From Microbotryum violaceum (Eukaryota), in contig CDLV01000004.1 in the NCBI GenBank assembly GCA_001244265.2, forward strand, positions 682,001-746,000: a stretch of 64,000 nt of DNA, written 5' to 3'. Below, piece by piece: positions 1 to 15,029 of this stretch; positions within the stretch are counted from its first letter, which is position 1, and the number at the start of each line of letters is the position of its first letter. The position numbers were made by a program, and so were the translations under genes. Below the pieces are notes generated by a model that saw only the letters and a list, made by a program, of their open reading frames with translations, was not told where the DNA came from and did no database searches.

Positions 1-1
1 A

Positions 2-3284
<3,283 letters not shown>

Positions 3285-3285
3285 G

Positions 3286-4826
3286 GTCATCTATCGACGT
3301 CACGTAACTAGAGACGCTCCTACAATAACACGCCCCAAGAAGGCTGCAACCCGCAAGCACCTCGCTCCAAACATTGAGAGGCCTTCAGACGAGTTACCGC
3401 CGTGTCCAATCACAAGCTGTAACGGACCGATGAGGCACATCCTGTGCTCCGCTACGATTGCCCGAGGGCAGCGTGAGGAATGCCCGGGGGAAATATATAT
3501 CTGGCATTCAGGGTACCATTTGCATCCTCCGCCTCTGGTGTCGCGTCCGTCCCCGCAACATCTGGAAGAGCTGCGACAATTGCGTAAAGCCGCTCCACAA
3601 GCATCGGCCGCCGAGCTGCGCATGGGACAAATGACCGCATTTCCGCAGGACCCTCGTCATCGGCCGTCCGCCTCTGAGATTTGCCCTGTATTTGACAGCA
3701 CTCGATCAATCTCGAGATACGCACCAAGAGTGAGCCACAGTAAGCGTAATGGAGCCCTGCCCGACACGTTGATGTCAGCTATTGAAGCTGTTGCCAATGC
3801 CGGTTGCCTTGCGTACATCGAAATACCGGGACAGCGCCAAGGGCAGCCACTTGCTGAGCAAATACACGATCCTGACCCTCGGAAGCAACCCGGAACGATG
3901 GGTCGCGGTCAAAGTCGAAGATCACCTCCAATTCGCTAACCGACTCTGAGACGTCATTTGGCATCCAGACTCCTCAGATGAAAGCGTGGCTCTCGGAAAC
4001 GATTGACGACCGGCTAGTCGAAGGCAATTTGGGATGGCCTACCGACGCTCACAACACCTACTTTCGCGACAATTGGATGTTGCTCGCCACGGTCTGCTAT
4101 TCGCCAAGCGCTCGTCGCTGGTTTCCGATCCTGTACTCCGTCGGCAACCACGAGCGATCGGGCTTCTACCGCCAACATTTTGCGCACCTATTCCAGATTT
4201 TTGACGATGCCAATTATAGCGTGGAGGACATCGTCAACGGAGTCACATTTGTTGTCGATTATTCAAGCGCGCAGATTTCGGGTCTTCGCCAAGCCATTTC
4301 GGATTGGTACGTGGCACGCAAGACCGCAGATGTGGGACGCTTGAACGTCACACCCAATCAGGTGTCACAGTGGACTGCAGAGGCTATTCAGATTGGCGAG
4401 AAGGCGGCAAGCGGGTGCGCCTTTCACTTCATTGAGCAGGTCAGGAGGTTCGGGGTCCGACATCTCAGTACGCAAACGGAGCGCGAACGATTTGCAATGC
4501 TGGTCAACACCATGCGCAACACGAAGTCCCATGCATCGATTGAGTCCATGGCAAAGTGCACAATCGACGAGTTTCCTGTGTCAGAGAATTGGATCAAATG
4601 ATGGACACGACCGGCGATTCGAAATGTGGTATTCAAGGAACTCAATGGATCCGCAGAAAGATGCGTGGCTACCACAACAAATGCGGTGGAATCTTCCCAC
4701 TGGCTCCTAATCCATTCATGGGGTGGCGAACGCTTTGGACCGGTGGAAGGGGTGATGCGACTTATCGACTTCGCGAAAACGACAGACCGAATTGAAAGTC
4801 ATGCGACCGGTAAGGCCCTGGCATAG
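3286..4826 (+). pseudogene. GCM-type zinc finger plus MULE-like DDE transposase, frameshifted and interrupted at the N-terminus by copia 1
   Basis: CPITSCNGPMRHILC...WHSGYHLHPPP (GCM/WRKY-like). WPTDAH, VVDYSSAQ, GCAFHF (CxxH) and TTNAVESSHW give the D-D-CxxH-E layout of Mutator-like transposases. Split over ORFs 3430, 3978 and 4626. Confidence 0.75.
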
Positions 4827-6139
4827 CGTTACCACCAACCCATTATCCTCATCTAAAACCATTCTCGCCTTTGCTTTGAAAACAGACGGCTATGTCAGGA
4901 GTTCCACTTATCACGAGCAAGGCAACGTCCGCGCTCATATCAAAGAGATCAAGTCACGCAATTGGGTACCTTCATCCTACGTCAGTGACGCCAACATGCC
5001 TGAGCCTTCGATCTCGTTCGCTGCACCTGCTCGTCTAGCTGGCATCGGGTTTTCTGAGTCACCACAAGGACCTTCAGACCTGTCAAAGGGTCCTGCAACA
5101 CCACCACTGAACGAATCAACCAAATTACCTCCTTCCACGTCAAATCGTTCCCGGCAGCAACCAAAGAACCGGTCAAGGCAGGGCAGTGGGCCCACTGCGC
5201 AGTCGATGGCCTCCAAAAAGGGCTCAACACGTGTTGATTACCCCCACAAGCGCAAGATTCCTGACCCGCCGTCTGACGAGCATAGTTCGAACGAATCATC
5301 AGACGACGTTGGATTGACGCCCTCAATTCATTGCAATTCATCCGAGGCCATTCCCCGACGGATCGCTCCATCAAGCTCCATCAAACGTCCAATTCCAAAT
5401 CGAAAGGTAGTCCTCCCCGCTCAGATTTCAGCGGCCCATCGCGACGAGTCCCCGTTGTCCCTATGGCTGTGAGGGCGCTCAATGAAGAAACGGAGTTGTC
5501 CCAAATACGTACGCCTCCGCCCCAGACTGTTGACTGAGTGCAGAGGCGCTGAGGCCTGGCTGACGGAAATCCTGCTCTGATTTATCCTCCGTCTCACAGT
5601 TCTTGCGCAGCACAATGCACGAAATTTGGAAGCCCCCAGTGGTCGAAAATACCGGATACCTCGAAAACGATTGGCCTTCCTCTTGTCGGAACCTGAATCA
5701 CAATCGGAGGCAAAGAGGACATGTACGTCCGTATTCAACATTCCCCTGTCCCTGGTTGCATCCAAGTCGGAGTTGGCGCCATCGAAATCTGCAAGAAAGG
5801 TAGAAATCGCCACGCCAAAACCTGCTTCGACGTCGACGTCACTCGAGCGCACCAGTGACAAACTCCCAGAGGACTCTGGAGCTGCACCAAGGGTAAAATT
5901 CGCTCCGCCCAAGACATCGACGTCGACATCGCTCGGTAGCACGATTGTGCAGCTCCACGCAGACTTCTGGCTTCGATCAGGTGAAGACGGGCCAGTCGTC
6001 ATTATCCAAGGCCCGTGGAGCGATAATTCTTGCTGGATTGACTCAACGCTTATCGCATTGCTCTCGGTCGCCAACGGATTGGAACCATGGCTGCAGTGTC
6101 TGGATATCCTTAACACCCATACGGCCTACGTGATTCCTC

Positions 6140-6306
6140 TGTTGAAGTAAATTACTCTTGCCTTAAATCCGCACTACGCGCGTCTCCACTTTATATTAGT
6201 CGCGCGCGTGATTCGCGTCTTTGTCTCCTCTTCTTCACTTGATTACGAACTCATTGGCTCGTCCCTGCCGCCAACTCGTTCAGCACATCGCTGTTCAGTT
6301 TCAATA
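6140..6306 (+). repeat. 5' LTR of copia 2 (167 bp)
   Basis: TGTTGAA...TTCAATA, near-identical to the 3' LTR, with a TATA-like TATATTA at ~6192. Confidence 0.95.
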
Positions 6307-6318
6307 GGTTACGAGCCC
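6307..6318 (+). promoter_or_regulatory. Primer-binding site of the Ty5-like internal tRNA-iMet type
   Basis: GGTTACGAGCCC directly after the 5' LTR, one mismatch from the GGTTATGAGCCC PBS known for Ty5-like copia elements. Confidence 0.8.
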
Positions 6319-6352
6319 AACCGAGCGGCCAGCCAATTCGAGTCATCAAGAC

Positions 6353-9300
6353 ATGAGCACTCCTCTCATGGTCACAGGGGAACAACCCCTATCGTCCTCG
6401 TCAAACCACGCGATGTTGACCCATCATGCCATCTGCGAAACGCTGGACTATTGGAACTGCACCCTCGCGACGCCCCTCCAATCACCCAACACGCGCACGG
6501 ATCTCGATCACGCCAATTTCCAAGCGGTCGCGCTGCTGATGCGTTCTGTCTCACCGGACATCCGAAAACACATAAAGGATGGTTACGACCACACTCCTGC
6601 GGAAGTCTTACAGATGATCAAGAAGGCGGTCGGTACCGGCACGGTGGCTGACATTCTCATCCGTCTCCAAGCGTTGCTCGACGTGGGAACCCCTCCCACC
6701 GGCATGGACGCCTTCGCAAAGTACCAAGCGATGACCATTGAGCTATTTAACACGCTCTCGGGACACGAGCTTACTTTCGAGCAGATTGTGTCGTTCCGCC
6801 TTGTCCACTTCGGCAAGGATCTGTACCGTGAATACTACACACAAACACTTCGGCAAGGATTGGATAGGCTACCGAGCCCGACGGAGGTCCTCCAGTCGCT
6901 CCACACGCAGGCGGATCAGACGCCAGCTCCCAAACCCGTCGCCATGGTGGCAAGCCCGATTGCGACAGCGGACAAGTCTACCGCGCCTCCTTTCTCCCCG
7001 TGCCACCACTGCGGAGGTCCGCACTGGAATCGCAAGTGCCCGGACAACAAGGCTGGGTCCAAGGGGAAGAAGACGAAGGCTCCTTCAGCGCCTTCCGCCT
7101 CGCTCGTCACTGCGCCTGATATCTCGACGCTGGTTGACGGTCCTGTGCTTGGCTACCTCACAGCCACGATGTCCACCTTGGCCAGGCCCTCCATCATCCT
7201 GGACAGCGGGGCAACGCACCACATCGTCAACAATCGCGCATGTTTCACGTCCTTCCGCAAGTGCAAGCCAGCTCCGCTCGAAAGCATCACTGGTGAAGTT
7301 GTCAACTCCATCGAAGGCGTCGGCTCCGCAATCGTTCGTTCCTTCGACGGCAGCATCGGCCAACTCAACGACGCCTTGTTCGTGCCCACCGCTCCGGTCA
7401 ACCTGTTTTCCGCCAGTTGTGCCGACATCGGGGTTACGACATCCGTCTGACTCGGGCCAAGGCAACGGTCTCCATCGCCAACACGGTGTGTCACACTGGC
7501 GAGCTCAAGAACGGACTTTACCACATGCAGGCCTCGCTCGTCGACGTCGCTTCTCTCGTTCATCAAGCGGGTGCGTTCCCGCGTGCGCTCGTGGCCGTTC
7601 CCATGTCGGTCTTGCACGGACGCTTCGCTCACCTCCACCCACGCGCCCTCCGACAGTTGATTTCGACTGAAGCCGTGTCGGGAGTCAGCATGGAGGTAGA
7701 TTCAAACGAGGATTTGAAATGTGACACTTGCCAAGCTGGCAAAATTACGCATCACCCGTTCCCTGCCGTCGCATCGAATCGCTCTGCTCAGCCGCTCGAA
7801 CGAGTCCACATGGACCTCCTCGCGTTCGACGGTGCCGTGTCATTAGGGGGTGCGAGATACGCTCTCGTCATCGCGGACGACCATTCTCGGTATTTGTGGG
7901 CGATTCCGATGTCACACAAGTCCGACACCTTTGCGGCCTTCAAATCCTGGCTCGCGAAGGTGGAGCGCTCCACGTCACGCAAAGTCCTTGCTGTCCGCTC
8001 GGATAATGGGGGCGAATTCATGTTGAACGAATTCTCCAGATTCCTGGAGGAGCAAGGCATTACTCGTCAGCTCTCTATTCCTGACATGCCTCAACAGAAT
8101 GGAGTTGCCGAACGTGTGAATCGTTTGATCACCAAGGGTGTCCGCTCAATGCTCCACCAGTCGGGCCTACCTCACGCTTTGTGGGCCAAGGCATTGGCAA
8201 TGTACGTCTACGTCAAAAATCGCTTGCTGCACTCTGCAAACTCGGGCACCACACCTCACACACATTGGTATGGTTCCAAACCTTCAGCTGGCCATCTACG
8301 CGTGTTCGGCTGTTGAGCGTGGAAGGCCGCTACCACCAAGCTGCGCAGCAAGCTTGATCCGCGAGGCATCCCACTCGTCTTCGTTGGCTACAACCTCGAG
8401 TCCAAGGGGTACAGACTGCTGGACCCCAACACGAGACAGGTCTTCAAGTCCCGCAGCGTCACATTCTTTGAGGACAACTTCCCTGCTCGAGCAACGGGTA
8501 TCCGAGCACCCCCGCTTCCGGCCGCGGGGACAACGACAGCGGGGTCATCATTATTCCCCCGAGCACGTTGACCCACCGGCTGCCTTGCATTTCGACACCC
8601 CTGGCCCGGCCTGGCAGCCACCCGCAGGCCCACGTGCGCGCAATCCGCCGGCTCGGTACGGAGCCCTCGCATCCTTGCGCTCGACGCCTTCTGCCTTTGC
8701 ATTCTCACTCGGCAACGAGGTTGTTGCGCTGGTTGCCAATCTTGTGGAGGCCGACATTGATGTCTCTAAGGCGGACCGTCCTCTCTCTGAGCCCAAAGAT
8801 CCTTTCACGCTTCCCACCAGCAATCCCAGTACTTGGAAGGAAGCTATGCGCCACCCTCATGCGGAAGGTTGGAAAGCTGGTGCCATCGAGGAGTTCCGCT
8901 CGATGAAGGACGACTTCAAGGTGTTCAGCGTGGTCGACCTTGCCTCCGTTCCCAGGGCAGCCACTATCTTGCCGAGTCGCCACGTGTTTCGGACCAAACG
9001 CGATAAGGCGGGCAAAATGGTGTCGTTATAGAGCCGCATCGTAGCTCAGGGATGCGCACAGCGGGCAGGTGATTTTGACGAGACGTTTGCACCAACGGCG
9101 AAGTTCACCTCCATTCGCACTCTCGTCGCGCACGCAGCCTCCAGGGGCCACCACATCATACAAGCCAACGTGGACAAGGCCTACCTCCACGGCGTCCTGG
9201 AGGAAGAGATCTACATGCGCGTCCCCACTGGCATCAAAGGCTATGACGGCAAGTGCCTCCGTCTTCACCGTTCCATCTACGGGCTCAAGCAAGCCGGTCG

Positions 9301-10402
9301 AGTCTGGAACGACACGATCAACGCCACTCTAGCGAATCTCGGCTACCGCCGTCTCGCCTGCGATGAATGCATTTATAGGCGCGCCGACGTTTTGGGTGAT
9401 CACTACATCGCGCTCTACGTAGACGACCTCCTCTTCTTTGGTCCCGACCTTGGGGAGATTGATCGAGTCCTGGATCAACTCGACACCCTTTATGGCGTAA
9501 AGCGTCTCGGCCCGGCTGACTGGATTCTAGGGGTTCAGGTCGTCCGGCATGATGATGGCGGGATCACCCTCCTGCAGCGCCAATACCTTGTCGACGTGCT
9601 GGCTCGTTTCGGCATGTCCGATTGCAATCCCTGCAAATTGCCAATGGAGGCCAACCTCCAGTTGTCACCCAAGATCGACCCCGATGAAGCCGACAACTCG
9701 ATGTATCGTTCTATGATCGGCTCCCTCATGTACGCCGTTGTTGCCACCCGACCCGATCTTGCACACGCTGTGGGGTATCTCTCTCGGTTTGTTGGAAAAG
9801 CGGGGGCAGCGCATCTCGAGCCCGTCAAACGCGTCCTTCGGTACATCAAAGGCTCGCTCGATCTGGGCATCCATTACATGGTTAACAACGAACCCTTGCT
9901 GGGATACGAGGGGTATTCTGACTCGGACTGGGGGTCCGACGTGAACACGTCGAGGTCAACGATGGGCTACTTGTTCAAACTGGCTGGTGGCGCGATATCG
10001 TGGTCATCCCGTCTCCAACCCCGAGTGGCGTGTTCGTCTACGGAAGCCGAGTATCTGGGTCTTTCGCACGCTGCCAAGGAGGCAGTCTTCCTTTGCTCGC
10101 TCCTCACCGAGCTTGGCCTTGACACATCGTCGCCCCTTTGTCTGCTTGGAGACAATCAAGACGCTATCGCGCTCACCCAGAACCCGGTCTTCCATGCTCG
10201 CACCAAACACCTTCGCATGTTCAAGCACTTTGTTCGGGAGCACGTTCGAAATGGAGAGATCTCGGTCACCTACATCCCTACCCATGACATGGTGGCCGAT
10301 ATCTTCACCAAGCCGCTGTCTCGAGCGATTTTCCAGCGTCATTGCGACGCTATTGGCCTTCGGCAAATTTCAGGCCAAGAGCAAGGGGGGTTGTTGAAGT
10401 AA
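6353..10402 (+). pseudogene. Copia gag-pol with frameshifts and premature stops
   Basis: Zn knuckle CHHCGGPHWNRKC, protease ILDSGATHH, integrase RSDNGGEF/PQQNGVAER, RT LYVDDLL, RNaseH YSDSDWG. Stops at 8314-8316 and 9029-9031; frameshifts near 7430 and 8530. Confidence 0.93.
10377..10390 (+). promoter_or_regulatory. Polypurine tract of copia 2
   Basis: AAGAGCAAGGGGGG, one base before the 3' LTR. Confidence 0.85.
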
Positions 10403-10636
10403 ATTACTCTTGCCTTAAATCCGCACTACGCGCGTCTCCACTTTATATTAGTCGCGCGCGCGATTTGCGTCTTTGTCTCCTCTTCTTCACTTGATTACGA
10501 ACTCATTGGCTCGTCCCTGCTGCCAACTCATTCAGGTATGTGAAGAACTCCTTTATTGCAATCTTCACTTGATTACGAACTCATTGTCTTGTCCCTGCCG
10601 CCAACTCGTTCAGCACATCGCTGTTCAGTTTCAATA
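10392..10636 (+). repeat. 3' LTR of copia 2 (245 bp, 78 bp longer than the 5' LTR)
   Basis: Matches the 5' LTR except for four substitutions and the extra segment 10536-10613; followed by TSD TCCTC. Confidence 0.95.
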
Positions 10637-12729
10637 TCCTCCACTTGGCGATGAGATGGTGTTGAGGCTCCGCCCTCGATATTTGGCACTCGAGCTATGG
10701 GATGCGATTCGCGAATACACAGCATTGGCTCGAAAGTTTGATATGAAACCGGCGGCGAACGCCATTGAAGCATACACACAAAACACGAGAACGGATGATT
10801 TCCACTGTGGTTGGGATGTCGAAAGAGCGCGGAAGCCATTTTACAACTCCATTTAAGCGGGGGAGTTATAGTAGCCCAGTAGTCAGTCAATCACTTAGCG
10901 AACCCCGCCCTCCCAAGACGATTAAAACTGGACGCTAATCATCACTTTTTTCGGCAGACCTGGCTCGAGACACTTCACTCGTTCACCGTCGATCATCCGG
11001 TTCTGCCAAGCGCTGTCACGTTGAATGATCCCGACCGAACTCTCGTCGAATTACATCTTCAACGAGCCGGGTATTGCACTGCCTGCAACTGCATTCAGAT
11101 TGAGGTGTCCCCAAGACGACAATTTGTGGTTGACTGGCCCCTTCTCATCTCAAGTCTCCACCTGCCTTCGCATTCGCTGGAAACGTTGTCGGACGTCCTC
11201 GCCTCAATCGTTGGGCAACCGTTGAAATTGTACACAGAGGCAAAGAACTCAGGCCGTCGGCATCACAAGCGCAATTGCCCCGGAGGCTCTTACGTGCAAT
11301 TCGTTTCAATCACCTCGCTCCCCCGTGTGATTGTGATCAACATCAACAATATTTACCCGGAACATCCACTGGCCCCAGCTGAGCTACGCTTCGGTGTTTC
11401 GGACCAAATGCCAGAGATGGTCTGGCGCCTTCGGTCAGGAGTGTACAACATCAACAATTCACATTTCGTTACGAACGCGACGGTTGGATACGGGCAAGAG
11501 GCCATGCTCTCATTTCGACGCAATCAAAGGCTCTCTCGCTAGGCCGATAGGGGACAGGAACGCTGGCGGATTAGTTTCCGTTCTTTTCTACGAGCTAGAA
11601 AAGGAGTCATTGAACTTCTTGCAAGCCTTCAACCTAATGCTAACGCGGCAGTGGCACGAAATGTGGATTCTATACCATGAGCCCTCCGATCCTACCGATA
11701 TTGGCATTAAAGTGTCAAGTCTACCACCCAAAGGGACTCTTGAAGAAGGACAAGGTGTCTGGAAGATGGAAGATGCGACGGCTTTTTTTCATGAATGCGA
11801 GATAGTGAGTGTCAGGAACGCCAAAAAAGCAGATCAATAGAGCTGACGATGCTTTCCTCTTACAATGTTTTCCAGCGGTGCAGTGCTCCTGGAGGAAATC
11901 ACAGTGGGGAACATTCATGTTGATGGCAAGTTTGACTCACAAAGTTGTGCCCAAGTGGTCCAGTGAAGTTTTGGCCTTGTCAATCACTAATGTAGTGTAC
12001 AGTAGGGGCTATGATAGCGGTCAGCAATAGTATGTATAGCTAAACTTAGGGAAAAAATGGGCATGGCGATACTTTGACAACCACTGGTGTGCGGAAAGAG
12101 TCGATTATTCACCAGCAGCAGCCAGTGCTCTTTGCGCGCGAGCGTATCCTTACGCATGTCACGTGCGCGCGCGGGCGTATCCTTACGCATGTCACGTGCG
12201 CGCGCGGGCGTATCCTTTTTTTTTGATTTATTTGATAGAAAAAAAGGTGAGACTCCTTTCGGTGGAATGGGAAAGATTCAATTCGACGCGAAGTCAAATT
12301 AGGTTGTGGATGTAAAGTTTGCAACTAGCAAATGACCTAAGCTCGGTTATAAACCTCACTGCTATAGGTGCTTACCCGAGCACAAGAATTGAACACATGT
12401 CGACACATGTAAGGATACGAGGGTGCGGTAAGGATACGGGAGGTGCGGTAAGGATACGGGAGGTGCGGTAAGGACACAGAAATTTTGAATCACTACAAGT
12501 CTTGCAATACACATGCTATCATGTAGTCCTTGCAGACACCATTCAGAAATAGTTATATGTTGATGTTGCAATATCAAGATGAACAGATTTGGTTGTGTAT
12601 TGACCTTAACTCATGTGTAAGGATATATCCTTACATGTATACAAGCCGACGCGAGGCGCGACGTGTACCCCCGGGGTACACAGTGGGACACTTCTCTTTC
12701 TCACCCCTAAACCCCACTCCAAGTCCAAC

Positions 12730-14131
12730 ATGGCACCACGCGCCACCGAGGGCGAGCGCGCTTGGCTCGACATCGACTCGCATCTCATCCGTGACAATTC
12801 CGGCCAATGGCGTGTCCGTTGTGAACTTTGCAACAAACACTACAAGCTGCCTGGGGGGTACAGGTCACTCGACGCCCCAACTGTAGCACCGGAACATGCA
12901 CATGAGGCCAAACGAAACCTGAAAAAACATATCATTCGTATACACAAGCGCACGTTCAATCCGTCTACGGTCGACAGTCGGTACAGATGCAACGAGGCGG
13001 CGTTTGAGCTGATCGGTACCGACCGTGAGGTCCAAGCGGTGAGTGCTAAACAGCTTTCCCAGGAGATCAGATACAAAATATGTGGAATTCGGCTAAACCT
13101 TTGTTTATGTACTTATTTGATCTGATTAGGGTTTTGGCCACCTGAAGAAAAGATACCGCCGGCAGTTGCAGGCCAAGCTTGACATGTTGGAGGCGCCGGG
13201 GAAAGCGGACCGTGCGAGGCACGACGAGTGGGCGGCGGAAAGGGCGCGTCGGCTGGCGATGGAACCCAAAGACATCATGACTCAAGACCCAATCCCCGAG
13301 GACGTCAAAAATTTTGACTATGAGGTCCGGGAGGAGATCGACTACGTCATGTGGCCTGTTTGGGATGAATGGGCAGGGTACAAAGGGAATGGACGTCTGC
13401 CTCGGAGCCTGTTGACCGTGCTCATCCATTGGAGGAACGTGTTGTTCGATGCATACGATAACCAGAAGCGAAAGAGAGGTGGAGGGAGCGCGAGAGTTTT
13501 GAAGGAGTATAGGACCCGCATCCAAGACTTCGACGATATCCTCGCGCGCATTTTCACCGTCCCCGTTGACATTGCCGCCGAACATGAGGAATCGCGCCTA
13601 TTCAGTGAAATCCTTTCACCCCTGTACCAAGAGTGCCAACGCCCCCTCCCTGAGGACGATGTAAGGACCGACGAGGACCAGGAGGAGAGTGACCACCTTT
13701 TAAGATGGATCCGAAAGGCGTACCGCCCTTTTCTCGGGAAACGTGTCCCGGACGATTACCGGGATCAGTTAGAAAGCGAACATCGCACCTGGCAAGCAGC
13801 GCTCAGACTATTTGCAACGACGGTGCTCGTCCACGTTCTCAAACCTCCCAAGCCGCCCACCGATGCGGACCTCGAGCCCGAAAGGAAGAAGATCTGGGAC
13901 TCCTGGATTGTTGAGTGTGCCCACATGTGGTTGGCGCTGTCGAGCAAACAGAGGGACGCGTATTGTTGGATGCGCAAGAAGGGGTCCGGCGGAGAGGGCG
14001 CCGCGTCGACCTCGGGGCACGAGAGGAGGACGCGATATCGGAACACAGTTCGGCGACCGGCCAACATTCCGACCACGGATCGGCAGCCGGTTCGGAGGCC
14101 GAAAGCAACCTCTCCACCCTCTCCGAGCTGA
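12730..14131 (+). CDS. Uncharacterised ~436-aa protein with an N-terminal BED/C2H2-like zinc finger; exons 12730-13038 and 13130-14131
   Basis: CELC...NLKKHIIRIH. A GTGAGT...TAG intron (13039-13129) joins the two ORFs in frame with no stops. Confidence 0.65.
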
Positions 14132-14569
14132 CCAGCCTGAGCGAGCTGGAGCGCGGCCTGGATACTGGGACATGAGGCACCATGAGTGTCAATTCACCGG
14201 TTAGGCGATGACCGTCCCGAGTTTTCCGTGAGCGTGTGTAGCTGTCTAGCTTGTATGTTGTGTTAATGGAGATCCTGCTCTGCAATCATGATTCACCTCG
14301 AGGTACAACGCACTCCGAAGGCGGAAATTCTAGTTTAATCTTAAACCTTAGGGCAGGGCGTAGATACACTACAACAGAGTCCTGCGCCTTCGGAAACGAG
14401 GAAGCGGCGACGAAATGCTTCATCAATTCTAGGACACTCTTAACAAGCACTGTACAACCGGCGTGGTGGTGTGTACCCCCCGGAGGTACACATGACCGGT
14501 GCCCTCTCCAGCTGTGTACTCCCGGGGTTCCACGGCTCAGGCGCGGTCCGTCGCCGACGTCCTTGCTGA

Positions 14570-15029
14570 CTGCACTACAACAAACTTCCACGCACCCGTT
14601 CAGAGCTCAGGATGTGTCTGGAGTTAATGAATGTAACACCCCCCTGCGACGAAACCGACGAAATATTCGTTTGCTACATCCGACTTGCACTCTGAAAAGC
14701 CCGCAAGGCCAATGCACTTCTCTAGCTGAATCTCCGTTCGAACCACCGAGCAGAGCGAAACTGTACTAGAACAATCTTCCACGCACCCGTTCGAAGCTCA
14801 GGATGTGTCTGCAGTTACTGAACGGGATACCCTCCTGCGACAAGACCGACGAAAGATTTGTTTGCTACATCCAACTTGCACTCTGAAAAGCCCGCAAGGC
14901 CAACGCACTCCCTAACTGAATCTCCGTTCGAACTACCGAGCAGAGCGAAACTGCACTACAACAAACTTCCACGCTCCCGCTCAAAGCCCAGGATGTGTCT
15001 GAAGTTACCGAAAGGATTAACCTCCTGCG
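14570..15029. repeat. Tandem repeat, ~190-bp unit, about 2.4 diverged copies
   Basis: Unit starts CTG(C/T)ACTA at 14570, 14761 and 14951, sharing CTTCCACGCACCCG...GGATGTGTCTG...CTCTGAAAAGCCCGCAAGGCCAA. Confidence 0.9.

Larger units (their letters stand above)
6140..10636 (+). mobile_element. Ty1/copia LTR retrotransposon 2, full length and degenerate
   Basis: LTRs at 6140-6306 and 10392-10636. 5-bp TSD TCCTC at 6135-6139 and 10637-10641. PBS and PPT present; gag-PR-IN-RT-RH order. Confidence 0.97.
5626..11840 (+). pseudogene. USP/peptidase C19-like cysteine protease region of the MULE-like element, split by copia 2
   Basis: Cys-box-like WSDNSCWIDS (Cys codon 6031-6033). Removing copia 2 and one TSD restores the frame AYVIP-PLGDEMVLRL. 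Downstream are CTAC, LPRVIVINI and a His-box-like WRLRSGVYNINNSHFVT. Confidence 0.55.

Noticed and set aside
6738..7670. 310-aa overlapping ORF in copia 2 as an extra gene or programmed frameshift
   Set aside because: Arg/Ser/Pro-rich alternative frame of GC-rich gag. Copia gag-pol is normally a single frame and this copy has other lesions.
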